Below, piece after piece: positions 28,343 to 36,761 of a stretch of DNA of 44,927 bases. The stretch is taken from the IMG/VR virus record IMGVR_UViG_3300029570_000316. One strand, 5' to 3'. Numbering within the stretch: position 1 is the stretch's first letter; the number at the start of each line of letters is the position of its first letter. The notes below the pieces were generated by a model, which did no database searches, was not told the DNA's origin, and worked only from the letters and a program-made list of their open reading frames with translations. This DNA is from a virus (lineage: Duplodnaviria; Heunggongvirae; Uroviricota; Caudoviricetes). The translations under genes were made by a program, and so were the position numbers.

Positions 28343-28818
28343 TGTAAATCCTCAAATTCCTTCATGTTAAACTTCTCCATATCATCGCTTGTGAGCGCAC
28401 CCCTGTTCTTCGGGTCATACTCAACGAACTTAATGCTCTTCTTCCCGATAGCTCCTCCCTTTCCTCGGGAATAGCTAGTGGACTTCCTAGAGCAGAAGAG
28501 CCTGTAAATGTCAGACTTGGAAGACGGAACTTGTATTGTTACGAATCCATTATCCATCAGCGCATCGAAAGCCGCCAACCTCTTGTTATAGTCATTGTGG
28601 TCTCTGCCTACAATCGTAAACTCCAAGGTTACGTTCCGCTCCGCCTTCTTCGGTCGTATCAGTATGACCCTCGTTCCGTCCTCTGTGCGCACGGAGTTGG
28701 TGATGTAGTCCTTGTTGTCAGCATCCGCTTCCAAGGCATCAAGAAAACCGCTGCCCATCTTGATACGATAGGTAGCCCATGCGTCTTGTCCGTTTATGAT
28801 AAGTTCATTCGTGTTCAT
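28339..28818 (-). CDS. Putative distal tail (Dit-like) protein
   Basis: 159 aa immediately upstream of the tail hub gene; LIINGQDAW...ERNVTLEF...KFVEYDP. Confidence 0.6.
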   Translation of the reverse strand: MNTNELIINGQDAWATYRIKMGSGFLDALEADADNKDYITNSVRTEDGTRVILIRPKKAERNVTLEFTIVGRDHNDYNKRLAAFDALMDNGFVTIQVPSSKSDIYRLFCSRKSTSYSRGKGGAIGKKSIKFVEYDPKNRGALTSDDMEKFNMKEFEDLQ

Positions 28819-28823
28819 GCCAA

Positions 28824-28892
28824 CAAAGTTAAAAACAAAATGAGGAATAATATTATATTATTATCATAATGCTTTCACTTAAAATTTAAGTG
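28824..28892 (-). promoter_or_regulatory. Late-class promoter with CACTT-N7-AAGTG box
   Basis: TAACTTTG 28824-28831; box 28876-28892; 44-bp gap. Confidence 0.75.
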
Positions 28893-28893
28893 C

Positions 28894-28931
28894 AAAAAGG
28901 GCGCAAATCCTAAAAGGAAATGCGCCCAAAA
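28894..28931 (-). terminator. Intrinsic terminator after the portal gene
   Basis: GGGCGCA...TGCGCCC followed by a T tract on the minus strand. Confidence 0.7.
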
Positions 28932-28948
28932 ACAATAAGCTTTTAAAA

Positions 28949-30361
28949 TTATGAAGTTGTGTTTTCGTTTCCCTTTACCTTTGCAGCTAACGCTACTTTA
29001 TCTTCTGCATCCTTGCGTATCTTTTCAATTTCTTCAGCAGGAGCGTCAGTTAGAGCCAGCATTTGTACAGCAGTCTCTAAAGAAAGTACGCCTTGATTAT
29101 ATAGTTCCGCTATTACTTTCCACTTATCCTTTTTGTCATCCTCGAAAGGTTCGGCAAAATCGAATTCGACCTCCAACTTATCCAACTTGCTTCTCATCTC
29201 AGGATATAGTTCCTTCATTACGGCTATAATCACATGCGATAATCTACCGACAAGTTCTTCATAGATTTCCATTCGGTTCGCTCGCTTGATGTAACCCAAT
29301 ACCAACGCTCGTTTTATGCCGACACTAGTAAGCGTACTCATAGCTTTCATTAGTTCCGGTGACATATCCGGTGTAAACGTATCAAACAATATAGACTGAG
29401 CCAAGTCTTCTTTCTCTGCCTTGCGGATTTCGGAATTCTGAGGTGGGTTGATATATTCAAACCTAGAGTTCTTGCCTGTAAGTTGTATGAGTTTACCTGG
29501 CTTGTTCCGCTTAGGGATTGATTGTATCACGTCAGCAGTAGCAGCGGCAATAGGGTCAGCAAAGTAGTTGTTAGTATCTCCAATCTTGGAATCAAGCATC
29601 TCTTCACGTTCCATTCTTGGCTCTGCACCATCCCATGCTTTAGGTTGGCGAAAGTAGATGCCGTTAATCTTTCCTGTCGGATTAGGATACTTATACACTT
29701 TCCACCCAAAGCCACCACGTTCACAATGATAGTTAAAAACGGATGTCAATATATCCCAACATTCGATAGTCTTTGACTCTCGCTTTAAGGAATAGCCTAC
29801 AGCAAAAGCAAGCATGTTTCCGTATTGGTCAAACAACTCTCTCATCTTATGTCCCTTTGAGCGAGCTGCAACATACACATCAACATGCATCTTTCCGTTT
29901 TTTTGCGAAAAATTAAAAACAAAACCGCTTTCGGTTTCTGCTCCGGCAAGTCGCTTGCATTGACGTAGCTTGGTATTGAAGTATATATCCTTCAAGTATT
30001 TTTTATATAGTTCAAAGGCTTCATCGTCACCTTCAGTCTTCTTCCACATAATCGGATTGCCTAACAAGAAGAACAATTCTACCTCATTTATGTATCTTTG
30101 TCTTGTTCTTGCCAACTTCTCCGTCCTGTATGGCTTCTCTCCCTTTACCCATTTATCTTCACGGCTCATCACCTTATGGGTTTGTGGATTATATTCCGAA
30201 ATGGCATTATCCACATCGAAATCATGTTGTTCCATCATATTTACGACAGAATCAACATCATTATCTTCCAAACGTTCGAAGATGCTTCTCTCCACACCTA
30301 ATGCATTGAGCGTGAGGTTTCGAAAATATGTCTTTATCTGAATAATTGAATCTACAAACAT
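28949..30361 (-). CDS. Portal protein (SPP1 gp6-like)
   Basis: About 470 aa directly after the large terminase; LLGNP, YF.DP, S...IK, C-terminal LSLETAV...EIEKI; probable start ATG 30361. Confidence 0.85.
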   Translation of the reverse strand: MFVDSIIQIKTYFRNLTLNALGVERSIFERLEDNDVDSVVNMMEQHDFDVDNAISEYNPQTHKVMSREDKWVKGEKPYRTEKLARTRQRYINEVELFFLLGNPIMWKKTEGDDEAFELYKKYLKDIYFNTKLRQCKRLAGAETESGFVFNFSQKNGKMHVDVYVAARSKGHKMRELFDQYGNMLAFAVGYSLKRESKTIECWDILTSVFNYHCERGGFGWKVYKYPNPTGKINGIYFRQPKAWDGAEPRMEREEMLDSKIGDTNNYFADPIAAATADVIQSIPKRNKPGKLIQLTGKNSRFEYINPPQNSEIRKAEKEDLAQSILFDTFTPDMSPELMKAMSTLTSVGIKRALVLGYIKRANRMEIYEELVGRLSHVIIAVMKELYPEMRSKLDKLEVEFDFAEPFEDDKKDKWKVIAELYNQGVLSLETAVQMLALTDAPAEEIEKIRKDAEDKVALAAKVKGNENTTS

Positions 30362-30379
30362 CCTTATAACTTTTTGAAG

Positions 30380-30448
30380 CAAAGGTAATAATAAACAGGG
30401 TTTCTACATACTTTAATTTACGTATGCCTTTCACTTAGTTTTTAAGTG
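30380..30448 (-). promoter_or_regulatory. Late-class promoter with CACTT-N7-AAGTG box
   Basis: TACCTTTG 30380-30387; box 30432-30448; 44-bp gap. Confidence 0.75.
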
Positions 30449-30604
30449 AATAAAAAAGACTATTTACTAAAGAATCTATTTTTATTTAGTAAACAATCTT
30501 TTTTATTTACATATGACTTTTATCTACCCTTATAGCATACTTACACTAACAATCTAATAATTAAACACTTGTATTTTTATTACAAAAGTAATTATATTTG
30601 TCAT

Positions 30605-31888
30605 TTAGTACACTCCTAAGTCTGATTTAGATGCTTTTCTTGGCTTCATCACTTTACCGAGCAATACGGCAAGAATATAATACCTAGCAGCATCTATCAA
30701 ATGGTTATCATGGTCTTCGGGAACATTGATGTAATTACCATCCTTATCCTTTGACCACACATATTTACGGAACTCGCTCTGTAAATGGACTGATTGCTTA
30801 GTTGTGAAGATTTCGAATGTCTGCATCTTGTCAATACCAGCCAATATAGAGCCAGCACCCTTTTGTGCTCCATATATAACTATTCCACCAAGAGCTACCT
30901 CATCTATAAGTCTAGGGTCAGCACTATCTGCATACACAAACAAGCCTTCGTCCGCATAAGGGCGCAAGAATCTTATGATGTCGCTAGATAACATTTCCGT
31001 TCTATAGCAAAGTTCCTCTATGTATAGGCGTTTGTCTACGATGCCACACTTCACAATAGCAGTATAGTCTTTCGAATATCCCCAGTCTACTCCGATGGCT
31101 ACTTTCCTTGCGTTGCTAGGGAACTTGTCAACGATGCCTACATGCTTGAATATTGCACCCTCAGATACGTCAGACCATCTACCTATCATTATATGAGCAT
31201 ATTTCTCCGGTTCATTCTCCTTCATCTCTAATACCTCATTAAGGAACTCAGGTGAAAGATGCTTTATATTATCAAGATAGGTCGTATGTATATGAAGTAC
31301 TCTAGGGTCTGTACTGATCTGGACGGGAACGCCATCAAAATACACCTCTTTATGTGTCTTTTCGATGAAACGCTTATATACCCAATGATTTGAATCACAA
31401 GGGTTCATAATGATTATTACTCGGTTGTGCAAGCCTTTCTGACGGATTGAAAGCATGATGCGCTCAAAATCCTCCTCACTCGTCCATTCCTCAGCCTCAT
31501 CAACGACAAACGTAGTCACACCATGAATAGACTTTAACTTCGCAGTCTGATTACCGCTAGCCGTATGAATACCACGGAACATGATTTCAGCTCCCGTCAT
31601 TTTGTTGACTATATCCGTCTTCGTGTTCTTGAAATAATCCTGTGTGCCATCTATCTCTATTTTCTCTTTAACCTCTGGAATTACGGAAATAGCGGCACTC
31701 ACCATTGTATAACGTGTATAAAGAATCTTATGTGCTATCTTTCTTTCTGCATTGTATTCAAAAGTAAGTCTTTCGATAAACTGAGAAGCAGAGAAACTTT
31801 TTCCTGACGCACGGCTTCCTGTTATAAGGTAAATGAAATGCGTCTTGTCATTATATAACGGATAATAAACGGAATGTGTTTTTGCCAT
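30605..31888 (-). CDS. terL: Terminase large subunit (PBSX/SPP1-type)
   Basis: Walker A GSRASGKS, Walker B VVDEAEE, MNP, nuclease GVDWG and DNHLIDAARY. Confidence 0.95.
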   Translation of the reverse strand: MAKTHSVYYPLYNDKTHFIYLITGSRASGKSFSASQFIERLTFEYNAERKIAHKILYTRYTMVSAAISVIPEVKEKIEIDGTQDYFKNTKTDIVNKMTGAEIMFRGIHTASGNQTAKLKSIHGVTTFVVDEAEEWTSEEDFERIMLSIRQKGLHNRVIIIMNPCDSNHWVYKRFIEKTHKEVYFDGVPVQISTDPRVLHIHTTYLDNIKHLSPEFLNEVLEMKENEPEKYAHIMIGRWSDVSEGAIFKHVGIVDKFPSNARKVAIGVDWGYSKDYTAIVKCGIVDKRLYIEELCYRTEMLSSDIIRFLRPYADEGLFVYADSADPRLIDEVALGGIVIYGAQKGAGSILAGIDKMQTFEIFTTKQSVHLQSEFRKYVWSKDKDGNYINVPEDHDNHLIDAARYYILAVLLGKVMKPRKASKSDLGVY

Positions 31889-32466
31889 TATTCACCCTCC
31901 CCTTGCTCTTCTGCTTCCTGCTCAATCTCTCTTTCTATCCACTTGTTGACGGATATACCTTTCTTAGGGTCAAAAGGAATGCCCTTTTCCTCTTCATCCT
32001 TCTTACCTCTCTGTATCTCTCTCCAAGTCATATCGTAATGGAATAACCAAGTAGAAAGAGCTTGTACGTTAGGTGGGGTCTCCTGCTCGGTTTCTCTAGT
32101 TTCCACTACTATATCATCTGTCATAACTCCATCTACAACCATATGTCTTTTGGTGGTTGTCTTGCCTTTTACCTTGACACCTCCAAGGGCGCATTTAAGG
32201 AATCTTCCACGCACGATTGCATTGATAAACTCTCTGCCACGCACGAGGGATTGAGTTATCCTTTCGCCTCTTTCCGCATTTTCGTCTTCATTCCAATTCT
32301 CGTATTTTCCGTTTTTCATTCGGTTGAAGACCTGTGGATTTAGGTCAACCCCAAACTTCAAACCAAGGGCGTAGGCAATTTCAGAATCCTTCTGACCTTG
32401 CTTTGCAAGCTGTTCTATCTCATCGTAGAAAGCATCGCCATTGTAATCAAATTTCGGTTTTGCCAT
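31888..32466 (-). CDS. terS: Terminase small subunit (putative)
   Basis: N-terminal HTH (GQKDSEIAYALG), PPNVQAL..WL motif; abuts terL. Confidence 0.75.
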   Translation of the reverse strand: MAKPKFDYNGDAFYDEIEQLAKQGQKDSEIAYALGLKFGVDLNPQVFNRMKNGKYENWNEDENAERGERITQSLVRGREFINAIVRGRFLKCALGGVKVKGKTTTKRHMVVDGVMTDDIVVETRETEQETPPNVQALSTWLFHYDMTWREIQRGKKDEEEKGIPFDPKKGISVNKWIEREIEQEAEEQGEGE

Positions 32467-32512
32467 TTTCTTGTATTTATTATTGTTTCGCTATATATTG
32501 GGCAGATGGGAT

Positions 32513-32638
32513 TTATACCTTGCCTCTAATTTTGTTATACATATAGATAGGAACGGCTAGTAAGAACATCGGTATTGCCAATATCATAGTTATAGCCAAG
32601 TTCGCAATCTTCATTAATATTTTTCCGTTTGCCTTCAT
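32513..32638 (-). CDS. Small hydrophobic peptide (41 aa)
   Basis: Manual translation MKANGKILMKIANLAITMILAIPMFLLAVPIYMYNKIRGKV. Confidence 0.5.
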   Translation of the reverse strand: MKANGKILMKIANLAITMILAIPMFLLAVPIYMYNKIRGKV

Positions 32639-32651
32639 AATCTTTCGATAT

Positions 32652-32834
32652 TTATGAGTTGACCAATTGTCCTACCTTGTTTATCAAAGGAGTAAAGAGA
32701 CACGACACCCACCTATTGAATGCGTTCTTTCTCCTCTTGCCAAGAAACATAGAAACAATCATAAATGGAATGAGCATACCTATTGTTATTGCCGCTATTA
32801 TGTACCCTAGTAATATTCTTATAATCTTTTTCAT
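32652..32834 (-). CDS. Small membrane protein (60 aa)
   Basis: One long hydrophobic helix followed by KRRK. Confidence 0.6.
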   Translation of the reverse strand: MKKIIRILLGYIIAAITIGMLIPFMIVSMFLGKRRKNAFNRWVSCLFTPLINKVGQLVNS

Positions 32835-32845
32835 TGCTTATTCGT

Positions 32846-33652
32846 TTATATTCGTTTTGCTACTTTCATAAGCATTTCTCCCTTGATTACCTTGTCGGTT
32901 TCGATAAAGCCAAAGGTGCTCATAAAACGTTCCTTGTTCTCTATATTATCAAAGGAAAGCATGACGTAAGACTCGGCTTCTAAAGCTTTTTCCGCTGCCT
33001 TGGTATTTACCTCTTTCTTTACCTGTTGCATACGTTCTTTATTCGCTTGATATTGAGCCTCTTGCTGCTGATTGGCTATAATTTGATTTTGTTCTATCTG
33101 TCGTCTCTGCTCTTCTTGCACTTCCTTTGGTGCTTGTACTTTTCTGTTTTCGCTTTCTTGGGCAAATGGGTCTAGTAAGGAATTAAGTTCTTTACCTAGC
33201 TCATCTTCGCCTTCAGTCTTTACCATTGCATCATAGCCGAACAGGGATAAGTCTTCTTCCGTTAATCCGGCATCCATATAGTTTATGTCCGGAAGTAACT
33301 CACGGACTTTCATGTCATCCCATTCTCCATGAGCATTCTCGGAATTAAGCATGAAATTCAGTTCAACTTCGGTCTTGTAATCCATATTTACAGCCTCAGC
33401 CAAAAGAGTATAATCCTTTTCGGGATAGCCCATAATCTCATCCACGATGGTTACTTTTTGGTTGCCGCCTACGATGGTCATTGTTTGCTTATTGACGGTT
33501 ATACCACCAACAACGCCATATTTTCTTATGGAACGTTTCAATGTAGCTTTCTGCTGCGGTGAAATCTTCCTTGGATTATATGGTGCTATCTGCACTTCGG
33601 AGCGTTTGAACTCTTCTTGCTTGCCTGTGAAATAATCTCTTGGTTTCGTCAT
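32846..33652 (-). CDS. ParB/sulfiredoxin-like N-terminal domain protein (copy 2)
   Basis: APYNPRKIS...SIRKYGVVGGITVN...IVGGNQKV. Confidence 0.85.
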   Translation of the reverse strand: MTKPRDYFTGKQEEFKRSEVQIAPYNPRKISPQQKATLKRSIRKYGVVGGITVNKQTMTIVGGNQKVTIVDEIMGYPEKDYTLLAEAVNMDYKTEVELNFMLNSENAHGEWDDMKVRELLPDINYMDAGLTEEDLSLFGYDAMVKTEGEDELGKELNSLLDPFAQESENRKVQAPKEVQEEQRRQIEQNQIIANQQQEAQYQANKERMQQVKKEVNTKAAEKALEAESYVMLSFDNIENKERFMSTFGFIETDKVIKGEMLMKVAKRI

Positions 33653-33674
33653 CTTATCAACTCATTGTTTCTTG

Positions 33675-33796
33675 CAAAGGTATGAATAATAATTGTTTAA
33701 GAGAAATGTTTACTTGCGTGTCTTTTCACTTTGTCTTTTAAGTGAAATAACATATCGCAGCAATATATCAATTGGCTTGCATTTTGGTTAATTTTG
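33675..33796. promoter_or_regulatory. Divergent late-class promoters sharing one central CACTT-N8-AAGTG box
   Basis: Minus-strand -7 at 33675-33682, box 33727-33744, plus-strand -7 TAATTTTG 33789-33796; 44 bp on each side. Confidence 0.78.
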
Positions 33797-33808
33797 CACA
33801 AAAAAGAT

Positions 33809-34423
33809 ATGGGAGACGTTGGTAATAATGGGGCATATGCTAGGCTGAGAGCACAAGCTACCTCTATGCGGAGAAAAGCCGAGTCGGTTGGTAACAAGCT
33901 ACAAGCTATAGCTGAAGGTATAGCTAAGAAGTATGGAGCAAGGGTCACTCCTATCAATTACAAGAGTGTTGACTCCATTGTACGCAAGGCTAAGGGCGAG
34001 GCTAATGGTATTAAAGACATTAAGGACTCGTACAGAACAACTATCATCGCAGATAAAGGGTCAATACCGAAAATAATAAAAGACCTTAAAGGCAAATACA
34101 AGGGCTTTGAGTTCGTTAGACTCAAGGAACAGAAACTGGATACTGGCTATTCAGGAAACATCATCAATATCCGGAACAAGAAAACCGGACTTATTGGTGA
34201 AATACAAGTTAACACCGCCAAGATGATTTACGCCAAAGAGAATTACTCGATAGCCTACAAGCTGTTGGGTGGGAAGACCATGCGAGAAATCTATAAAGAG
34301 ACCAAGAAACCATCCGGTTGGGGACATGCATTATATGAGCAAAGTAGAACCGCCAAGAGTAACGGAGGTAAGAAGCAAAGGTCGGTATCTATGCAACAAG
34401 CTTACTATGCGACATTTCAATAA
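33809..34423 (+). CDS. RelA/SpoT-family small alarmone synthetase-like protein (toxSAS / Apk-type candidate)
   Basis: KSVDSIVRK, DIKDSYRTTI, GYSG, EIQVNT and GHALYE in synthetase order; probable start ATG 33809. Confidence 0.8.
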   Translation: MGDVGNNGAYARLRAQATSMRRKAESVGNKLQAIAEGIAKKYGARVTPINYKSVDSIVRKAKGEANGIKDIKDSYRTTIIADKGSIPKIIKDLKGKYKGFEFVRLKEQKLDTGYSGNIINIRNKKTGLIGEIQVNTAKMIYAKENYSIAYKLLGGKTMREIYKETKKPSGWGHALYEQSRTAKSNGGKKQRSVSMQQAYYATFQ

Positions 34424-34448
34424 TTAATATATTTAAATTTCAAGTAAT

Positions 34449-34495
34449 AAACATTAATTTGTTTGCAAGTTTAATATATTTTTTATATCTTTGCA
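34449..34495 (+). promoter_or_regulatory. Internal early/constitutive-class promoter for the putative immunity genes
   Basis: ACATTAA, TTTGCA, TATCTTTGCA 34486-34495. Confidence 0.7.
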
Positions 34496-34517
34496 TTGTA
34501 ATAAGGAGATAAAGACC

Positions 34518-34757
34518 ATGAACAATAAAGATAAGAACAAAATCAGCCACCTCCTTAAAAACGGAGAGTCGGTTTATGTTTACTATTGGGAGGATGACAT
34601 CGTTGTCCGTTATCAATATGTAAATAAAGAACTTATGTGTTACCCTAAAGGTAAAGGGCGTAAGCCAAAAGAGTTCAAGTTTAATGAGAACACCTATGCA
34701 CAAGATGCTCTTGAGTTAGGTGAGTTAATAACGAAAGAAGAATATGAAAGATTCTGA
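34518..34757 (+). CDS. Small protein, candidate immunity/antitoxin (79 aa)
   Basis: Lies between the synthetase and the hydrolase; C-terminal GELITKEEYERF; start ATG 34518. Confidence 0.6.
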   Translation: MNNKDKNKISHLLKNGESVYVYYWEDDIVVRYQYVNKELMCYPKGKGRKPKEFKFNENTYAQDALELGELITKEEYERF

Positions 34758-35187
34758 AATGATAGAATTGTGCCTTGGTATCGCTTGCAAGGCGCACAAA
34801 GGACAGATTGATAAGGTTGGATTGCCTGTTATATTACACCCTATCCATGTAGGAGAAATGGGTAATAGTACCGAAGAGATTTGTGTCGGATTTCTCCATG
34901 ATACGATTGAAGATACGGATATGACCTACGACAAGCTGTTATCACTAGGTGTTAGAAAAGACATTGCCGATAGTGTATGTGTCCTAACCCACAAGAAAGG
35001 TGTTCCGTATTTTGACTACATACAATCAATCATTGACTCAAAAGATATGGTTGCAATACAAGTCAAAATCAACGACCTGCATCACAACCTATCGAGAGCT
35101 AAAAAGTACGGATTTCAAAAGCAATATGAAAAATGTACTACGGCATTGTCAATGATGGGAAGGTTCTTCCCACATGAAGAGGGATAA
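34744..35187 (+). CDS. HD-domain small alarmone hydrolase (Mesh1/SAH-like)
   Basis: AHKGQ, HP, LHDTIEDT, VKINDLHHN. Confidence 0.9.
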   Translation: MKDSEMIELCLGIACKAHKGQIDKVGLPVILHPIHVGEMGNSTEEICVGFLHDTIEDTDMTYDKLLSLGVRKDIADSVCVLTHKKGVPYFDYIQSIIDSKDMVAIQVKINDLHHNLSRAKKYGFQKQYEKCTTALSMMGRFFPHEEG

Positions 35188-35213
35188 TACTACCCATCGT
35201 TCGAATATATTCC

Positions 35214-35960
35214 TTAAGATGTACGCTTACGTGTTAAATTCCATCCGTATTTCTTTGCGTATTCTTTCATAACTTGATATTGCGCACCAACATTACCTCT
35301 ATCATTAGTTTCCGTGACACGTTTCTGTATTTCGTTTGCTTCACGATTATAACTAGACACCTCACTTGCACTAGGGACTTTTCCTCCTTTCGTAAAACTA
35401 GAACGCTTTCTGTTTAAAGCTAGCACTTTCTCGTTTATTCGATTTCGTATTCCGCTCTTTGAAAGATACTCTGTCTGTTTTTGCTGAAGGGTTCGTCTCC
35501 ATTGCGAATTTTTCTTACCAAAAATATCCCATGCATCCGATTCTGAAAGTCCCCACCCTTTACTTGGTCTCTTCAAAGAATACGTATAATTCTTTGTAAC
35601 TGCTCGAATCTCGGAAGCGTTATGTGCTATAGTTGTAAAAATGTCAGCTCCGGACAAAATTGTGCCAACTCTTCCAGCTATAGTATCTCCAATACCTCTA
35701 TTAGGATGGTTGTGAGTAATGATGGCATCTTTGTAGTTATAGCCAAAAGGTAATTGCGTACTATGTGCCTTTCCTGTTTGGGAATGCGCTATTTCTTTTC
35801 CGTCCTTATTAAAGGCATAAATACGTTCCGTCTTTAGCTTTCTAATCTTAGCTTCAGTGTCAGACAAAGCCGCATCCAACCCACGGCTATGTCCGGCATT
35901 GATTTGCCTATCCGCTCTTTCGCCTCGTTGAGGTCTGCCTCTATATCCTCTATCTGCCAT
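35214..35960 (-). CDS. JAB/MPN-like metalloenzyme domain protein with basic N-terminal extension
   Basis: E...THNHP...LSGAD metal-binding pattern. Confidence 0.7.
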   Translation of the reverse strand: MADRGYRGRPQRGERADRQINAGHSRGLDAALSDTEAKIRKLKTERIYAFNKDGKEIAHSQTGKAHSTQLPFGYNYKDAIITHNHPNRGIGDTIAGRVGTILSGADIFTTIAHNASEIRAVTKNYTYSLKRPSKGWGLSESDAWDIFGKKNSQWRRTLQQKQTEYLSKSGIRNRINEKVLALNRKRSSFTKGGKVPSASEVSSYNREANEIQKRVTETNDRGNVGAQYQVMKEYAKKYGWNLTRKRTS

Positions 35961-35983
35961 ATATAAATCTCCTTTTTTATTTG

Positions 35984-36052
35984 CAAAGATACAAAATTTG
36001 CAAGGGAGTACCTAAATATCAAAGGTTTACAACTTCACTTATCTATATTGTG
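35984..36052 (-). promoter_or_regulatory. Late-class promoter with CACTT-N7-TTGTG box
   Basis: TATCTTTG 35984-35991; box 36036-36052; 44-bp gap. Confidence 0.7.
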
Positions 36053-36055
36053 CAA

Positions 36056-36484
36056 TCATTCTTTATCTTTGTTGTATTTAACCTCAACACCAATCAACGT
36101 TTGTTTCACAAAAACCGCCTTACAAGACAATAACTTTCCATTCTTAGAGAATTCTTTATCCTTGTACCTAATATCATATTTGCCAATATGGTAATCGTAG
36201 CAAGCATCAATACAACTCTCTACAAGCTTCTTCTCTGCTTCGAAGTATGGCATTTCCTTCTTGCTCACTTTCGCAAGCCACCCACCACCTTGTATTAGGT
36301 CGAATATTCTTGAATACCCATCACGCAAGCCATTGCAATATGCGGCATAAAACTGCACTTTCTGAAGAGGAACTTTTGTACCTTGTTCCAACAACTTGAC
36401 AGCCAACGCCCTAGCCTCATCATCTTGGCTCTGCTCTAGTATCTTCATTGCATGGTTTACAACCCTTCTTTCCTGTTCCGTCAT
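36056..36484 (-). CDS. Phage hypothetical protein (142 aa)
   Basis: Packed leftward ORF. Confidence 0.7.
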   Translation of the reverse strand: MTEQERRVVNHAMKILEQSQDDEARALAVKLLEQGTKVPLQKVQFYAAYCNGLRDGYSRIFDLIQGGGWLAKVSKKEMPYFEAEKKLVESCIDACYDYHIGKYDIRYKDKEFSKNGKLLSCKAVFVKQTLIGVEVKYNKDKE

Positions 36485-36485
36485 G

Positions 36486-36761
36486 TTATTTAAAATTTAA
36501 GTTTTTCAGAAAGCTCAATCTACCTTCTACTTGTGTAAAGGTTTCGTCCAACTCATCGTCACTCATAGAGGAATAGAAAGTATAACTGCATGGACGCATA
36601 GTAAATCCATCAATCAAGAAGACAGAGAACCACATAATTCGCTTTACACTACATTGCTTCAGATTAACTTCTAATGCTCCTTGATCTACTTTTACGACAA
36701 TATTATTGGTTGATTTAATGCTTAACGCCTTACCTAAAACATCATTATATACTTCATTCAT
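36486..36761 (-). CDS. Phage hypothetical protein (91 aa)
   Basis: Packed leftward ORF. Confidence 0.65.
   Translation of the reverse strand: MNEVYNDVLGKALSIKSTNNIVVKVDQGALEVNLKQCSVKRIMWFSVFLIDGFTMRPCSYTFYSSMSDDELDETFTQVEGRLSFLKNLNFK

Noticed and set aside
30460..30600. AT-rich gap with TTTACTAAA/TTTAGTAAA inverted repeat as a pac or cos site
   Set aside because: Low complexity makes chance likely, and the sequence alone cannot show packaging ends
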